Source of the DNA: a virus
Lineage: Duplodnaviria; Caudoviricetes
IMG/VR virus record: IMGVR_UViG_3300025924_000001
Span: 47,865 to 111,864 of that record
Reading direction: 5' to 3' (one strand)
DNA length: 64,000 nt
In this document: positions 60,518-64,000 of the stretch, one piece after another
How positions within the stretch are numbered: position 1 is the first letter of the stretch
How the letters are laid out: every line of letters starts with the position of its first letter
Made by a program: the position numbers and the translations under genes
Notes under the pieces: model-generated
Database searches by the model: none
What the model saw: the letters and a program-made list of their open reading frames with translations, nothing else
Told to the model about the DNA's origin: nothing

Positions 60518-63500
60518 CTACGGCTCAACCAAAAGCGTGCCGGCGACGTCGTCACCGTGCCGGTCCCAGTCGTAGCCGTGGACCCGGAACGAGCGGACCT
60601 GGCCCTCGACGTCGAGGGTCACCCACGCCTGGCTCGCCAGCCGCTGCAGGGCCGCCACCGACTCGACCTCGACCGTCCCCAGCGACCGCCGCGAGCGGTG
60701 GTGCAGCAGCTTCACCCTCACGTCCTCACCTCCCGCACGTTCAGGGTCGCCACCGGCTCGCCGCCCACGATGGTCGTGAACTGGCCGGTCACCTCGTACC
60801 GGGTGCCGAGGTAGTCCACCTCCGTCAGCCGCCGCAGGTTCGACGGCAGCAGGTCCACCTCGCCCACCACCTCGTACGTCTTCCTCAACCGCAGGATGAC
60901 CCTCACCTCGCCTCTCCCCTCAGCTGCTCGATCCGCTCGTCCAGCGCGGTCAGGGCGTTCCCCAGCTCCGTCCGGGCGATCATCACCCGGAGCGTCTCGT
61001 GCCCGCTCTTGCCGAGCACCTGCGTCAGCAGCTCCACCGCGTCGCTCGCGATCCGCTGCGCGTTCCCCAGCTGCCGGCGCGCGTCGGTCAGCGCGTTCAG
61101 CTCCCGCCGCGGGTTCACCGGCGCGCCGCCAGGACCCGCGCCTTGGCGGCCGCCTCGCGGACCTGACCCAGCGTCACCGTGAGCTGGTCCGTCGCCGGCA
61201 GCAGGTCCGCGGCCAGGACGTGCACCGCCCGGGCGCTCTCCTCCATCGTCGCCACCAGGGACCGCAGCTGCGTGAGCTGCCTCGTCGACGGCGGCCGCTT
61301 CTCGGACGGGGTCCCGCCCGTCCCGGTCAGGTTTCCCATTCCATCGTTCCTCTCGCTCGTTTCCAACCTCAGCGGCGGCGACGCCGCCACCCACCGTCCC
61401 CGTCGGGGACCCAGGCCCGCGGCCGGGCTCACGGCCGCCGCGTCCGCGGGTCCCGGAGGCGCTCGCTGACGCTGTCCCAGGCCCGACCCAGGGACCCGGT
61501 CGCGGCCGTCAGCTCCAGCGTCGTCTCGTCCCCGGCCCCCAGCCGCTGCCAGCTCTCGCGGTGCGCGGAGTCCAGGGCGCGGTACGCCACCCGCAGCGCC
61601 TCCACGACCGCCAGCCCGGCCGCCACCTCGCCCGGCCCCTCGAGCGGGACCCGTCTCGGCTTCCTCACGTTCCTACCGTCCTCTCTTCCGGTTCCGTCGC
61701 CTCCGGCGCTCACCCGACCACGGCAGCAGGTCGAGCAGGCCGTCCAGCAGGTCCAGCGCCAGCTCCAGCCAGTCCACGTCGCGCCACCGCCTCAGGTCAG
61801 GGGCCGCGGCAGCGGCGCCAGCTTGAACTCCGGCCGGGTCAGCCACCTCGCCAGCTCGCCGCCCCGCTCGGGCTGAACGAGCCAGCGCGCGGGGTAACAC
61901 CGCTCCGCGGGCTGGTGGTCGATGATGGTCCCGAGCTGGCCGGGCAGCTTGGCCGATCGCACCCGGTCCTCCAGCTGGGGCTCGCTGTCTCGCGGCACCT
62001 CGTCACATCCTCTCGGTCTCGTCGGGTCCCACCCACGGCCGCGCCTCCAGCGCGAACGTGAACTCCTCGCGGGTCAGCCAGCGCGGCAGCTCACCCGGCT
62101 TCTCCGGCTCCACCAGCCAGCGCTCCGGCTTCGCCGGCGACGCGGCCTGCCAGTCCCGGATCCGGCCGAGCCGGCCCGGCAGGCTCCGCGAGTCCACGCG
62201 GTCGCCCCGGTTGGGCCGGCGGTTCCCGCGGGGCACGTCAGCCCCGTCCTCGGTTCAGCTCGCGCGCCGCGGCATCCGCGCGTTGACGCGCCGCGTCCGT
62301 CGCCTTCCTCGCGGCGTTGACCAGCCGTCCCAGCTCGTGGTGCCCAGGCTCGCCAATCAGCAGCGTGATGACCGCGCTCAACCGGTCCGTCGCCTCCTGC
62401 AGGAGCTCGCGCGCGTCCTGCACGAGCGCCCGGTCGTGCTCGGTTCGCCAGTCCTCAGCCACGTCCTACCTCACCCCTCGTCACGTCAGGTTCACCAGCC
62501 ACCGCACCGGCGTCTCAACCTCGGCGGCGTCGTCCCAGTACAGCCAGATGTCCTGGATCACGGTCCGTGCGCCGCGGTCGTCCTCGAGGGCCACGGGCAG
62601 GTCGCCGTGGCCCTCCGCGGCGCGCAGCTGGGTCAGCCGCTCGATCAGCTCGTCGAGGGTCAGCTCGGCCCAGGTTCCGCTCGCTCGTTCCACGTCAGTC
62701 CTCCCTCAGGATCCCGAGCAGCAGCTCCGTGAAGGTGCCCTCCCACCGGACCCGCACCCCGCGCAGGTGACCGCAGCGGCACGTGATCGAGCCGTCGAGG
62801 CCGTGCCGGGTGTGATCCTCCGCGAACGTGCCCATGAACTGACCCCAGGTCACGTCCTCCGGCATCGGGGACTCGTCGACGTTCACCTCACACTCCCGCA
62901 GGTGCTCGTGGATGAGCCCCGTGGTGCCGTAGTCGAACGGGCCGCCGTAGTAGCGGTCGCCGTCGTCGGTCCGCAGCGCGTACGCCGACCGCCCGAACTC
63001 GTTCAGCAGGGCCTTCTTGTATCCGGCCTTCCAGTCCTCAACCACGGCGACGCTCCGTTCCCTCAACGTACAGCTGCGAGTACTCACCGAAGAACGTTCG
63101 CACGTAGAGGTCGTCGTTCTCGATGGCATCGACGAACCTCTTCAGCTCCTGCTCCGACTCGAACTCCACGATCAGCTTGGGGTTCTCAGCCACGGCGGCG
63201 CCCCGTTTCCTCGACGACTCGCTCGCGGGTGCGGCGCACCTCGCGCCGCGTCCATTGCACCGCGTGAGTCACGGGCGTGGTCGTCGCGTGGTTGGCCTCG
63301 TAGCGCCGAAGCAGGTCCCCCAGCTCGGCCAGCTCGTTGGCGGTCAACGGTGGATCACTCGGTCTCTCACTCACGCCGTCACCTCCTCGAGCATGGTCAG
63401 GATCGAGACCAACGCCCACGTGGTGTCGCCGGCGTCCCACGCCACCTCGGCCCGCCACTGAGCCGTCATCGGACCGTGGCTACGCAGGCTGACCTCACCG

Positions 63501-63864
63501 GTGCAGGTTCCGTTGCGTCGACGGATGCCGTCGACCCGCAGGCCCGGCTTGACGTCGTTCAGGTTCACGGTTCCTCCTCGTTCCTCGTTCCTGGTCTGAG
63601 GCTCAGCCTACCAGCTGCGACCCCAAATGTAAACCCTTATTCGTCGTCCGACGGCTTCGTGACGACGGTGCTCAGGCAGACCAGGCAGGTCACCGACGCG
63701 ACGTTGTCGGTGAGGCGGGTGCCCCGCTTCACGCCCTGACCTCGGGCCCTCACCCGAAGGTCCTGACCGCAGGCTGGTCCCGGGAACGCCGTGGTCGCGC
63801 CGACCCGGAGGTGAACCGCGTCACCCGCGGTCCGTCGCCGCCGTCGATCGGTCGCCACGGTCAC
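60518..63864 (-). other. Block of small coupled hypothetical ORFs upstream of the primase
   Basis: GTGA overlaps, G-rich coding strand; another promoter-element copy at 63569-63636. Confidence 0.65.
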
Positions 63865-64000
63865 CGTCCCTCTCGCTCGAGCCGCCAGTCAACCGCGTCC
63901 AGGGCGACGTCCGCCGCGGCCACCGTCCGGCCAGCCTCGGTCTCCACGTCGCTCCTCGACCCCAGCAACCGCGCGGCGGCGAGCTGCACCTCCAGGGCCA

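Overview
This window (high GC) is a segment of a large tailed actinobacteriophage or phage-plasmid. DUF397, Rpf and TraB-like genes point to a filamentous actinomycete host. Layout: (1) 1-15.3 kb, minus strand, head module: capsid decoration-like genes, major capsid, protease/scaffold with zinc ribbons, a 1208-aa portal fused to HiPIP-like, NUDIX and ParB-like domains, fibre-like genes, terminases and a LysM-Rpf muralytic enzyme. (2) 16.8-20.0 kb: a Ro60/TROVE gene preceded by a 1.3-kb non-coding operon with 4 tRNAs, 5 Y-RNA-like units sharing one scaffold but carrying different tRNA-derived payloads, and 2 other structured RNAs. (3) 26-32 kb: an actinomycete-plasmid-type transfer module (Spd-like membrane proteins, TraB/FtsK translocase, clt-like repeats). 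(4) An isolated sqdB. (5) 35-50.5 kb: many small coupled ORFs. (6) 50.6-56.2 kb: 16 tiny ORFs with 14 copies of a promoter/hairpin/SD element, possibly a long terminal repeat or early region. (7) A primase-polymerase/SF3 helicase with an adjacent iteron origin. Best candidate for a new system is the Ro60 plus modular Y-RNA array: two units display canonical anticodon stem-loops (Lys-CUU, Thr-CGU), suggesting Ro60-tethered tRNA decoys. All protein assignments come from motif recognition by eye; no database searches were run.
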